From positions 56,237 through 120,236 of the forward strand of contig CAYPSS010000001.1 of assembly GCA_964413735.1 (NCBI GenBank): DNA of 64,000 nucleotides, written 5' to 3'. The stretch is from an uncultured Gammaproteobacteria bacterium (GTDB lineage: Bacteria > Patescibacteriota > Patescibacteriia > UBA11705). This document shows positions 28,068 to 36,920 of this stretch, piece by piece. The translations under genes were made by a program, and so were the position numbers. The notes beneath the pieces were generated by a model. The model was not told the origin of the DNA, did not search any database, and was given only the letters and a program-made list of their open reading frames with translations. Within the stretch, counting starts at the first letter, position 1. The number at the start of each line of letters is the position of its first letter.

Positions 28068-28508
28068 ATGCTGAAGTATATGATGGCAATGGTATTGGGA
28101 TATTTGATCCACAAGCATGGTGATCAGGTTACCAAGTATTGGAACAATCCGGAAGAGCTGGAAAAGTACTTTGAAAAGATCTTGAATGATGAAAAGCTGT
28201 CGGCTTTGAAGGAACGATTTGTGAAGGCTTTCAAGCAGGGAACGGATGCGCTGGAAGCGGAATTCAAGAAGTTCTTGGATGAGATGGCAGCCAAGGCCAC
28301 GGAAACTCCGCCGGAGGAGCCCGCTCCGCCTCCGGCTCCGGTGGTCATGCCCACGGAAAACTGCCAGAAGTGTGGGCAAGAGAATGCCATCGGCTCGCCC
28401 GCTTGTTCCAAGTGCGGTGGTCCGGTGACGTCGATTGCCGAATTGAAGGACATGTTGGAAGAGATCAAGAAGATTCCGCGCAAGCGTGGGCGGAAGCCTC
28501 CCAAGTAA
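28068..28508 (+). CDS. Small GC-rich protein: N-terminal hydrophobic helix, helical region, Pro-rich linker, CxxC-x11-CxxC zinc ribbon, basic AT-hook-like tail (RKRGRKPPK)
   Basis: 146 aa; coding region far GC-richer than genome; strong promoter, SD and terminator; ORFs on opposite strand are GC artefacts. Confidence 0.55.
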   Translation: MLKYMMAMVLGYLIHKHGDQVTKYWNNPEELEKYFEKILNDEKLSALKERFVKAFKQGTDALEAEFKKFLDEMAAKATETPPEEPAPPPAPVVMPTENCQKCGQENAIGSPACSKCGGPVTSIAELKDMLEEIKKIPRKRGRKPPK

Positions 28509-28566
28509 CGAAAAACGGTACGCAATGCGTACCGCTTTTTTGATATAGAAGATTACTCAAAACATT
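28476..28566. repeat. Direct repeat copy A (about 88 bp; 3' end of gene 28068..28508 plus terminator)
   Basis: About 85-90 percent identical to 30202-30292. Confidence 0.75.
28511..28541. terminator. Bidirectional rho-independent terminator (perfect 9-bp stem cggtacgca/tgcgtaccg flanked by A-run and T-run)
   Basis: gaaaaacggtacgcaatgcgtaccgcttttttg; a near-identical copy occurs at 30236-30267. Confidence 0.65.
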
Positions 28567-28601
28567 TAATAATAACTTTTTTTCTTTACTTTTTATTTTT
28601 A

Positions 28602-29060
28602 TTATTCAGTTTTTTGCTTGATCATTTCAGCGGCAGCATAATTAAAAACACCGATAACTGAAGTATCTATTCGTAATTTAGTATTCTGTGAATAATACCA
28701 GAAACACTCATATTTTTTATCAATTTCAATTTGAATATTTTTTTTCATAAAAACATAATTACCAAAACCACCACTATAATGATCAAATAACTTTGAATTT
28801 TTTTCAATCTTTTCTACTGTGGCATTATAAGACTCTTGATCAATAGACACATTAGTTTCATAAGTAATTAAACTATCTTCATTTTCCAACATATAGATAA
28901 TAACTCCACCTTCATTGCCCATAGCACCCAAAGGAGAAATTTCACAGTAAATTACTTTTTCAAGGTCAATGGAATTCAAGTTTTCTGTAGTAATAATTAT
29001 ACTATTTAGAAAAACTATTGGTTCATTTAATACCCCCCTATATACTGTTTTTGGACTCAT
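28602..29060 (-). CDS. Hypothetical protein (152 aa), AT-rich insert cargo
   Basis: Intact ORF inside the repeat-bounded insert; no recognisable motifs. Confidence 0.4.
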   Translation of the reverse strand: MSPKTVYRGVLNEPIVFLNSIIITTENLNSIDLEKVIYCEISPLGAMGNEGGVIIYMLENEDSLITYETNVSIDQESYNATVEKIEKNSKLFDHYSGGFGNYVFMKKNIQIEIDKKYECFWYYSQNTKLRIDTSVIGVFNYAAAEMIKQKTE

Positions 29061-29096
29061 AAATATATATTTTATTTATGGAATGATAGTTATAAA

Positions 29097-29999
29097 TTAT
29101 TTTTTATAAATACTTAAAAAACCACCAAAGTGTTCCTTGTTAAGATCCTTTCCGAAGGATTCGCCAAGTGCAACCAGCTTTTTGTACTCCAATGTGTCTT
29201 GAATATCTTTTTTGCTATAACGAATTTTGTTTAGATCAATGCTTTGTTTTTTGTTGAACTGAAATTCGGAAAATTTGAGTACTGCATTTCTTTTTTTTGT
29301 TATGATCAAAATATATGAGTTAAGCCCAGAACCATAAGAATTTACCTTATTAATTTTTATCTGGAAATTACTGCCGGCTTTTTCTTTAAGAATATTTTTT
29401 AGGTTTAAAATTTTATTTTTTTCATAGATACGCAAACGAGGTAAGGAAATTTTAGACGACCAAAAACCTTCATCTGTTCTGTCTATATTAATTATTGCAC
29501 GACCGTTAACTTTTAGAATTCTAGAAATTTCCGCGATGGCTCCAAGTTTATTTTCAAAAAAATGAAAAGCATTGGTAGAATATACTAGATCTATTGAGTT
29601 GCTTTTAACTGGAATACGCGTGCAGGCGTTGGCATTAAATAGTTTCGGGACAGATAAACCTTTGGTGTTTATATTGAATTCTTTGGCTATAATAAGAGGA
29701 TTTTTTCTCGCATCCTCCTGTCGTTTTTCTTCATTGTAAAAAATACTTCCTTTCCTTGGTTTTCTGCAAAAATAAATGCCAAACAAAGCTAAACTAACAT
29801 CGTTTTTTGAAAAAATACTACTTAATTCCCATAAAGATCGTCCAACGCCTGAACCTAAATCTAAAATAGATATTTTTTTATTGATCTTTATTTTATTGTC
29901 GATTTCTTTAACCAAATTATAGGATAGAATTTTTTCTACAGTTTTTAATGGACGGCTTATGCTAGGGTGGCTTTTTGTTGGTGGTTTTTCCATATTCAT
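29097..29999 (-). CDS. Class I SAM-dependent methyltransferase
   Basis: 300 aa; motif I ILDLGSGVGRSLWEL, post-II/III region IDLVYSTNAFHFF...ISRILKVNGRAIIN. Confidence 0.65.
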   Translation of the reverse strand: MNMEKPPTKSHPSISRPLKTVEKILSYNLVKEIDNKIKINKKISILDLGSGVGRSLWELSSIFSKNDVSLALFGIYFCRKPRKGSIFYNEEKRQEDARKNPLIIAKEFNINTKGLSVPKLFNANACTRIPVKSNSIDLVYSTNAFHFFENKLGAIAEISRILKVNGRAIINIDRTDEGFWSSKISLPRLRIYEKNKILNLKNILKEKAGSNFQIKINKVNSYGSGLNSYILIITKKRNAVLKFSEFQFNKKQSIDLNKIRYSKKDIQDTLEYKKLVALGESFGKDLNKEHFGGFLSIYKK

Positions 30000-30201
30000 A
30001 ATGTTTTTAATTAAATTATTAACTTGATTAAATCATATCACAAGTTATATTCAATATAAAATAAATTTTAAACTTTCTTTTTATGTTTTTGGTAATCACT
30101 TAGAAAAACACAATAAAATACTTAATATGGTTTAGTTAACTATTTACGCTATGCCATATTAAGAAAAAGGCGTCTATATTGCTTGTGTATAATTTAGTTA
30201 T

Positions 30202-30292
30202 CCCGCACAAGCGTGGGCGGAAGAGTCCCAAGTAACGAAAAACGGTACGCAACGCGTACCGCTTTTTTAATAGAAGAGCTTATTCAAAATGT
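30202..30292. repeat. Direct repeat copy B (degenerate duplicate of gene 28068..28508 3' end and terminator)
   Basis: Retains coding remnant ...PHKRGRKSPK-stop and the cggtacgcaacgcgtaccg hairpin. Confidence 0.75.
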
Positions 30293-30708
30293 TCTATAGT
30301 AATTTTATTCAAATCACCATTAATAATAATCGGCTTCACTGCTTCAATTTCAGTTTTGCAATAAGGCATTTCAGGAATGGGGTTTAACATAAATATTTTT
30401 TGATTCAGAACATGGGCAAAGCCAATTTCCATTAGAGTATTTCCACCAACATAATTTTTTATCCCATTCTTATCAAAATTTAATACCAGCACCGCATCAG
30501 CCCCTTGCATCATTCTCCAAAATTCACGGATAGCGTCCATGTTATTCTTTTGGTGAAGTTTAATAGTTTCAATTTCCTCCTCGGTTTTTCCCACCATTGT
30601 TTTGTGCAAGTCCGTCAAAAAGGCCTCGTGTCCCAATTCCCGAAGTTTTTCGCGGTACTCCAGCATTTGATCTGTAAATTGCATTGATCCAATTATTCCT
30701 ATTCGCAT
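30280..30708 (-). CDS. Nucleoside 2-deoxyribosyltransferase-like protein (PF05014-like Rossmann fold)
   Basis: 142 aa; MRIGIIGSM N-terminus and ADAVLVLNFDKNG...GGNTLMEIGFAHVLNQKIFML matching the D-x-GT-x-E-hGYA catalytic-glutamate block of the NDT family. Confidence 0.45.
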   Translation of the reverse strand: MRIGIIGSMQFTDQMLEYREKLRELGHEAFLTDLHKTMVGKTEEEIETIKLHQKNNMDAIREFWRMMQGADAVLVLNFDKNGIKNYVGGNTLMEIGFAHVLNQKIFMLNPIPEMPYCKTEIEAVKPIIINGDLNKITIEHFE

Positions 30709-30936
30709 AAGAAAGATTTTAAAAAATTTGTAATTTCGCGTAATGTTTTGGTGTATCTAATGTTTCGCGAAGTGTAGGCAAATTTTTGCCTTTTATTTAT
30801 TTTCTTCGATAAATATTATGATTATTTAGTTTCCCAGATTATTCACAAAAATCTGCTTATTTTTATTTAATTTTCCCCCATTTTTGGCGAAGGGTAGAGG
30901 GGTTAGGGATGAATGCCCCGAAGCCAAGACTCCTTA

Positions 30937-31698
30937 TTATAATCTGTTCATCTGATTCAATATTTCATTCGCGAGATCTCGTTTGTCTATTAAATATTCG
31001 TCCCATTTGTTTGATTCTTTTCTCTTTCGTCCGGCAACAAACCCAAGCATTTTTTCGCCTTGTAATTTGTTAGACAATTTCAAAAAATCAGGCGCAGGCA
31101 CAAACCAAACATAATCCCATAAATCGCCTTGCTCTGTATCAAAAAAGCAAAACACCAAAGCCATTGAATATCTATCAACCACACTACTGGCTTTTGCTGT
31201 GGCGGTAAAAATATCGTCAGGGTTATCGCCAAAACGACTTTTGATTTGAATATACATTGTTTTCAAACTTTCTTTTCTTTTCACGATTAAATCAATGCCT
31301 TCGTCATCGGAAATCGGTTTGTAGCAAGAAAGAGTTGTATCGCCGTAAAGTGTAACGAGCTCGGCGATTCTGGCTTCGGCAATGTCTCCTTTTTGTTTTG
31401 AAGAAACATCTTTGGAAATTGTGTATTTCTTTTCTTCTTTTTCCGCTTCTTTTGCTTTTTCTGGTTCTTTGTAGTCGGGATTTAAACCAAAAGTGCTTGG
31501 GGCAGTTTTGATAAATCGAGATTTATCTTTTTTGGAATTTATATCAACGACAAGCTGGGCGTTCATGGTCGCTTCGGGTGTTTTTCCGGCGGTTTTTAGC
31601 CAGCCATGATCCAGCGCAATTTTTGTGATTTCTTTGCTGTGAAGTGGTTTGCTGGCTTCTTTTAAAATTTGATATGCAAGTTCTTTGAATGAGTTCAT
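30937..31698 (-). CDS. HARE-HTH (winged helix) N-terminal domain fused to restriction-endonuclease-like (PD-D/ExK) C-terminal domain
   Basis: 253 aa; N-terminus ELAYQILKEASKPLHSKEITKIALDHGW...RFIKTAPSTFGLNP typical of HARE-HTH; C-terminal D-x(n)-GIDLIVKRK-like D/E-x-K block. Confidence 0.45.
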   Translation of the reverse strand: MNSFKELAYQILKEASKPLHSKEITKIALDHGWLKTAGKTPEATMNAQLVVDINSKKDKSRFIKTAPSTFGLNPDYKEPEKAKEAEKEEKKYTISKDVSSKQKGDIAEARIAELVTLYGDTTLSCYKPISDDEGIDLIVKRKESLKTMYIQIKSRFGDNPDDIFTATAKASSVVDRYSMALVFCFFDTEQGDLWDYVWFVPAPDFLKLSNKLQGEKMLGFVAGRKRKESNKWDEYLIDKRDLANEILNQMNRL

Positions 31699-31699
31699 A

Positions 31700-31857
31700 T
31701 TATTTTTGATAACATTCTATGCAAAGTTTGGTTTGATTTTTGTTTAAACTCGCCAAAAACCGATCCTCGCAAAAATATTCTTCACCTTTAGGAATAATTT
31801 TTTTGCACTTCGTGCAAACGTATTCTTTTCTAGCTTTTTTCTTGACTAAATCCATAT
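31700..31857 (-). CDS. Small zinc-ribbon protein (52 aa; CxxC...C...CxxC), not in supplied ORF track
   Basis: MDLVKKKARKEYVCTKCKKIIPKGEEYFCEDRFLASLNKNQTKLCIECYQK read from minus strand; sits between Res gene and HARE-HTH gene. Confidence 0.35.
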
Positions 31858-34617
31858 TTATTTTAGTAATTGATCGGTAAAGACTTCTTCAAACTTAACT
31901 TCTTCTTTTCTGTTAAACAATGGCAATCCAATCAACGAATATTTTTTACTTTCAGCTTTTAATAAATCGCCAGTCCCGTATTTATCAGTAATTTGCTGTA
32001 AAAATTCTTCTTTCCAGCCCTCCTTGCTTTCTTTAAAACCACCTTCTTTATCAGCAAATTGACCGCCTTTTGGTTCAATAAAAATTTGGTAATAAAGGTT
32101 GTTTTTGTTTCCTTTCAAAAACAACAAAAAGTCCGGCTCAAAACCACGACCTTGCTCAAAGTCATAAATTTTATAAACCTCTTCGTTTCTAAGTAAATAT
32201 ACTTCTTGATATTGTTCTTCCAAATTTCCTATTTTCTTTTTCATAAACTCAAGCAACTCTCTTTCTTCGCTTGTTCCATTAAACCCATTTAGCACATACC
32301 AATTATGCTGTAATAGTTCAGTCTCAAGATTTTTGCTTTCCGGATCAATAAGCACGCTTTTTTCTTTTTCTTCACCAAATAAATCTTCAAAAGAAAAAGA
32401 CTCAAATTTTTCCGTTCCTTTGTGTGGATTGGCAATCTCTTTTAATTTCTTTGTAAATACTTCAAAAAATACAAGCAGCAAGTTTAATTTTTCCTCATTA
32501 CTAATATCATCTAAGCTATTTTTATCTTTTGAAGTAATTATATTGATTTTAAAATTACCAAGAAAATCGCTTGAGAAAATATCATCAACACTATTTAAGC
32601 TTAATTCGGTCTGTAAATTATCAAAACGCAGAAGCGAAAGATCTTTTGTAGCTTTTTTGTTTATGGCTTTGGCTACGATATGTTTTTCAAAATCGCTAAA
32701 TTTTACTGATATTGTTTTCTTATCTTTTTGTTTGCTTTCAGCAAGTAATTCATCTGTGTCTTTGTCTAAAACAACTTGCTGTTCTTTCATTATGAATTCG
32801 CTTGTCGTAAATTCAAAAACAAAATCTTTAGCCAATTCAGCTAAGGTTAATTTTCTTCTTTCCGGATTGTCTATTCTTTCATTTTTCCAAACCTTAATTT
32901 CCTTAAAAAAACCGCTTTGTTTAAAATCTTCCTTTAAGGCAAACTTCTTTATTGTACGGTTATCTTGAATAAACCCTTTATTTTTAAGTTCTCGTTTTAA
33001 TTCATCAAGATAGCGAACGTCATCGTCGCTGTGATAATAAAATTCTTCCAATACTCTCATTGGATTTTCTAAATCGTTATCAAATTTCCGTTTGTTTCTC
33101 TCGTATTCGTTATGATTAAAAGGAAAGTATCTAACTCCGCGTCCAATAAGCTGGATTTCTTGCAGGGTGGCTTGCCCCGCAACTCTTTGCCCGTTTTGGT
33201 GACCTTCATCACGGCCTTCATAAAGCCGAACAATATCAAAAAGATTAAGCACGTCCCAGCCCTCAGTTAAGCGCTTAACGGTAAAAATAGCTCGTATATG
33301 GTTATTTTTATCTTCTAAACTATTTAGTAATTGCTCTTGTTCTTCTGTGGTTTTTTCTTTCGTGGTGGCTTTGTTATCTTTTGAGTTGGTTATAATACAG
33401 TTTCTTTCAGAAAATTCGTCTTTGATGTAATTAACAATATCTCTTATGTTTATCTTTTCGGCTTTAATAAATCCTAGCATTTGTTTAACACGACTTTTGC
33501 CTTGTTCATACACCTTGAATAAACTTGCTTGATCTTCCTTAATACTATTCTCGACATTCTTTAAAAAGGCAAAATCAGTGGCTTGCAAATCAGCGATTAG
33601 TGCTAAAAAATACTCATAATCATTTTTTGATTCTTCAATCAGCTTACTACGAAACAACATTACTGGTTTAAAATTGGCGATATTATTTTTAAGCGCAATT
33701 TGGTGACGATACCAATTAAAAAGCAATGCGAGCAATATTTTTTCTTTTTTATTAAGTGATGTAGAAACTAAGTTTATTTCTTTTGTATATCCGGCTTTTA
33801 GAAAGTCAACGAGCTCAAATTTATAGATAGTTTTTGTCCTGTATTTTTCAACAACGTCGGCATTTTTTGGTATTGTGGCCGTAAATTCAAGCAAAACATT
33901 TCTATTTTCACTATCTTGTGTCTTTTTCCCTTTTCTTAAAATTTTATTTAAGACGGTATTTTCCCAGCTTTTTTCAACATCCTTTTCACTAGCGTTTTCT
34001 TTCAATTCTAAAGGCAAATCCATTTCCTCCTGACCATTTCGTATGGTTGAAGCGTTAAGGTGGTGCGCTTCATCGCCAATCATTACCAAATCTCGCTTTT
34101 GCAATTCACCAAGCGTCACTGAGTTTTCTTTTGCTAAATAAACTGCGTTATGAAGTTTATGAATAGAAGTAAATTTTATCTGTATGTCATCAGTATCATC
34201 AAAAGTTTCTACTTTGCGGATATTGATCGTCTTATCTTCAACGACTATATTTTGACGGAATTCGTATTTTGTATGTATTTTGTTGATAAAGTTGTTTTCC
34301 GTCTTATCAACGATATTGTTTTGATTTACAAAAAATATAAAATGTCGATAACCTTTTTTGTAGTAATACAAAATTAAAGCCGCCATCATCATGGTTTTGC
34401 CCGTTCCGGTTGCCATGTTAAACATCAAATGCGTTGGATCGTTTATATTTTCAACAAATTTTTCTTTTCTTTTCTCAAAAATATCAAAATATTGCATGGC
34501 ATCTTTTTGCCAATACCAAAAATCGTGCTTCAAATTGCTTTTAATATAATCCGGCACTTCATAAGATTCACCAGCAATATCAAGATATGTTTTAATCTTT
34601 TGAAATAATTCTTCCAT
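31858..34617 (-). CDS. res: Type III restriction-modification system endonuclease/helicase subunit (Res)
   Basis: 919 aa; SF2 helicase motifs ATGTGKT (Walker A), IGDEAHH (DEAH), C-terminal endonuclease region; stop/start coupled to Mod. Confidence 0.85.
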   Translation of the reverse strand: MEELFQKIKTYLDIAGESYEVPDYIKSNLKHDFWYWQKDAMQYFDIFEKRKEKFVENINDPTHLMFNMATGTGKTMMMAALILYYYKKGYRHFIFFVNQNNIVDKTENNFINKIHTKYEFRQNIVVEDKTINIRKVETFDDTDDIQIKFTSIHKLHNAVYLAKENSVTLGELQKRDLVMIGDEAHHLNASTIRNGQEEMDLPLELKENASEKDVEKSWENTVLNKILRKGKKTQDSENRNVLLEFTATIPKNADVVEKYRTKTIYKFELVDFLKAGYTKEINLVSTSLNKKEKILLALLFNWYRHQIALKNNIANFKPVMLFRSKLIEESKNDYEYFLALIADLQATDFAFLKNVENSIKEDQASLFKVYEQGKSRVKQMLGFIKAEKINIRDIVNYIKDEFSERNCIITNSKDNKATTKEKTTEEQEQLLNSLEDKNNHIRAIFTVKRLTEGWDVLNLFDIVRLYEGRDEGHQNGQRVAGQATLQEIQLIGRGVRYFPFNHNEYERNKRKFDNDLENPMRVLEEFYYHSDDDVRYLDELKRELKNKGFIQDNRTIKKFALKEDFKQSGFFKEIKVWKNERIDNPERRKLTLAELAKDFVFEFTTSEFIMKEQQVVLDKDTDELLAESKQKDKKTISVKFSDFEKHIVAKAINKKATKDLSLLRFDNLQTELSLNSVDDIFSSDFLGNFKINIITSKDKNSLDDISNEEKLNLLLVFFEVFTKKLKEIANPHKGTEKFESFSFEDLFGEEKEKSVLIDPESKNLETELLQHNWYVLNGFNGTSEERELLEFMKKKIGNLEEQYQEVYLLRNEEVYKIYDFEQGRGFEPDFLLFLKGNKNNLYYQIFIEPKGGQFADKEGGFKESKEGWKEEFLQQITDKYGTGDLLKAESKKYSLIGLPLFNRKEEVKFEEVFTDQLLK

Positions 34618-34619
34618 AT

Positions 34620-36686
34620 CTATTTTTTGGTATTATAAAATTCTTCACTTAAAGCAATATCTTCTTTGGATAGGTTATATTTTTTGTCCGCACGTTCACT
34701 GAAATTGACATATATTTGATTCATATCAAGCATTTCCACAAACAATTTTTTCTGCTCATTTAAACTAAGCTTTTTAAATCCTTCTTCCTTGATTGTCTTT
34801 TCATTAAATTCTTTTGTTTTGACATTGTAGTTGAAGAAATATCGTTCATAGAGTTCGTCAAAAAGTTTTTCAAGTTCACTTAAACTTTTTGCTTTTAATA
34901 TTTTTTCCTTTGCTTCCTCGTTCCATTTTGCGAGTTCTACGGAAATAAAATTACCGCCACCGTTCCAATTAATCCTTTCTGATATTCCAGTACTATCACC
35001 TTTTAATACATTATTTAATCTAGTTATACTATCATCTTCCCCATAATCTAATTGTTCTATTCCTATATACTGAAAACCTAGCTTGTGAGCAACTGCACAG
35101 GTAGTTCCGGATCCCAAATGATAATCTAAAATAATATCATTATCCGAAAGCCCTAACTTTACAATTCTATCAATAAGCTCTTCGGGTTTTTTTCCACTTT
35201 TAAAACTGACATCTCCTTCAATATCTAGCCTTCCCCATGAGATATCTGTCCATAAGGATCCTATCTCTTCTAATTTATATACCTGACCATCTGCTTTTTT
35301 CGCACTATCCGCAAACCAAACAACTAGAGTTTTATTCCAAATATATTTATTAACTAATTTCCCTTTATCTCGGCCACTTTTAGGTATATATTCATAAGAA
35401 ACTAATTTGTTTTTTCCTTTTATAATTCCATTAATTTTATCCAGAAGAGATGTTTGTGCATTAGTTACCATAAAAATCTTGTCAAAATACTTTTCATAAA
35501 CATCATTGACCGATAAATTTTCATTTTTAATTAAATTATTTACAGTTTCAAAATTGAACTCTGTATGCTCAAATACTTTAATACCATCAATTTCAGTAAT
35601 TAATTTTCTCTTTCCTGCATCCATTAATACTCTTGTATAATAAAAACCAACGCTCTCCTCTTTATGCTTTCTAATATAATCTTCAATAATTGTAGCGTTA
35701 TAAATTGGCTGATAATCGAAGAAATCTTTATTTTTACAATAAAACAAAATAAACTCGCTGTTCTTTTTCATTTTCTTATCTTCACCACCACCGCTGGCAC
35801 CCGAACTAGCTTTAGCTTTAACTGTTATCGTATTTACATAATTTGATGAATGAAAAATATCATCAAGTAAGACCTTTAAGTACGCCAATCCCTCATCAGA
35901 TATTTGAATAAATATCATTCCATCATTTGTTAATAAATCTCTAGCTATTTTTAATCTATCTTTCATAAAAACTAACCAAGTAGAAAGTTTGAAATTTGTA
36001 TTATATGCGAAACTATCACTTGTTTTATTCCCAGTAAAATAATACGGTGGATCAATATAAATTAACTTCACTTTTCCTGTAAATTGCTCCTTAAGGGAAT
36101 GAAGGGCAAGAAGATTATTGCCTTTGATTATTAAATTTTCACGGATTGTGCCGTCTTTGTCGCGTTTTAATTCTTTTACTTTTTCCTCACCTTTAGTGGT
36201 ATATCTCTTCCAATTTACCAAGGCTTTTGGATCTTCGAGTCGGTCAATTTCATCTTTGGCCAAAACTTCATTGAAAAATATTTCATTTCTCTTTTGATCT
36301 TCTTTTGTCATTCCACCTTCAAGCACACAATCTTTGAATGGCCAGTCTAAAACGACCTCATTTCTTTCGGAAAGTAGTTGATTGCCAACTCGAAGTCCGA
36401 TTTTGTTTTGGTATTGTGTGTATGAATTGTCAAGTTTGTTTTCATCAATAAAAAACTTTAATTCATTTTGCTTGAGGACAACAACATCTTTAATTTTGAT
36501 AAAAAATTTCTCTTTTGCTTCTTTATCGCTCAACAGAATTTCAATAAGTTTTTCATCAAGCTTGTCGACCAAATCTTTCAAAAGTGTTTCGTTAAACTCT
36601 TTCGTTTCTTCATTCCACAAACGAGCATCCTTTTTAAGTAAGCCGTATAGTTTAGTTTTAAAATTTTCCATAGTATTTGATTTCAT
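34620..36686 (-). CDS. mod: Type III restriction-modification system DNA methyltransferase subunit (Mod), N6-adenine/N4-cytosine class
   Basis: 688 aa; catalytic motif IV LIYIDPPY, SAM-binding DYHLGSGTT region. Confidence 0.85.
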   Translation of the reverse strand: MKSNTMENFKTKLYGLLKKDARLWNEETKEFNETLLKDLVDKLDEKLIEILLSDKEAKEKFFIKIKDVVVLKQNELKFFIDENKLDNSYTQYQNKIGLRVGNQLLSERNEVVLDWPFKDCVLEGGMTKEDQKRNEIFFNEVLAKDEIDRLEDPKALVNWKRYTTKGEEKVKELKRDKDGTIRENLIIKGNNLLALHSLKEQFTGKVKLIYIDPPYYFTGNKTSDSFAYNTNFKLSTWLVFMKDRLKIARDLLTNDGMIFIQISDEGLAYLKVLLDDIFHSSNYVNTITVKAKASSGASGGGEDKKMKKNSEFILFYCKNKDFFDYQPIYNATIIEDYIRKHKEESVGFYYTRVLMDAGKRKLITEIDGIKVFEHTEFNFETVNNLIKNENLSVNDVYEKYFDKIFMVTNAQTSLLDKINGIIKGKNKLVSYEYIPKSGRDKGKLVNKYIWNKTLVVWFADSAKKADGQVYKLEEIGSLWTDISWGRLDIEGDVSFKSGKKPEELIDRIVKLGLSDNDIILDYHLGSGTTCAVAHKLGFQYIGIEQLDYGEDDSITRLNNVLKGDSTGISERINWNGGGNFISVELAKWNEEAKEKILKAKSLSELEKLFDELYERYFFNYNVKTKEFNEKTIKEEGFKKLSLNEQKKLFVEMLDMNQIYVNFSERADKKYNLSKEDIALSEEFYNTKK

Positions 36687-36920
36687 AAGTCAATTTATTG
36701 TTATTGTAGTTTATTTCCCCTTATAAATAAATTGTTTTCTGAAGCGCAGCGGAAGAAAACACCTTATACCCCCCTCTTAAAATAATAAAAATAAAATTTG
36801 ATCATTATAGAAAAGTGTTAGGCATTAGCCGTAAAAAGAAAAGGGATATTTCAGCTAACTCGTTTCAATATACCTAAACCTCATAATAACAACCACTTAT
36901 ATTATAAAAACTACTATTTC

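Noticed and set aside
28026-28525. ORFs 28026..28379 (-), 28124..28525 (-) and 28246..28428 (+) overlapping the zinc-ribbon gene
   Set aside because: They lie inside the GC-rich 28068..28508 coding region, where high GC yields long stop-free antisense/alternate frames. The + frame 28068..28508 has a strong promoter, SD, coherent domain structure and a terminator. The others are low-complexity (Arg/Ser/Gly-rich) artefacts.
32333-32968. 211-aa Ser/Leu-rich ORF on the + strand inside the Res gene
   Set aside because: It is antisense to the well-supported Type III Res helicase, and its low-complexity composition is typical of AT-rich antisense frames.
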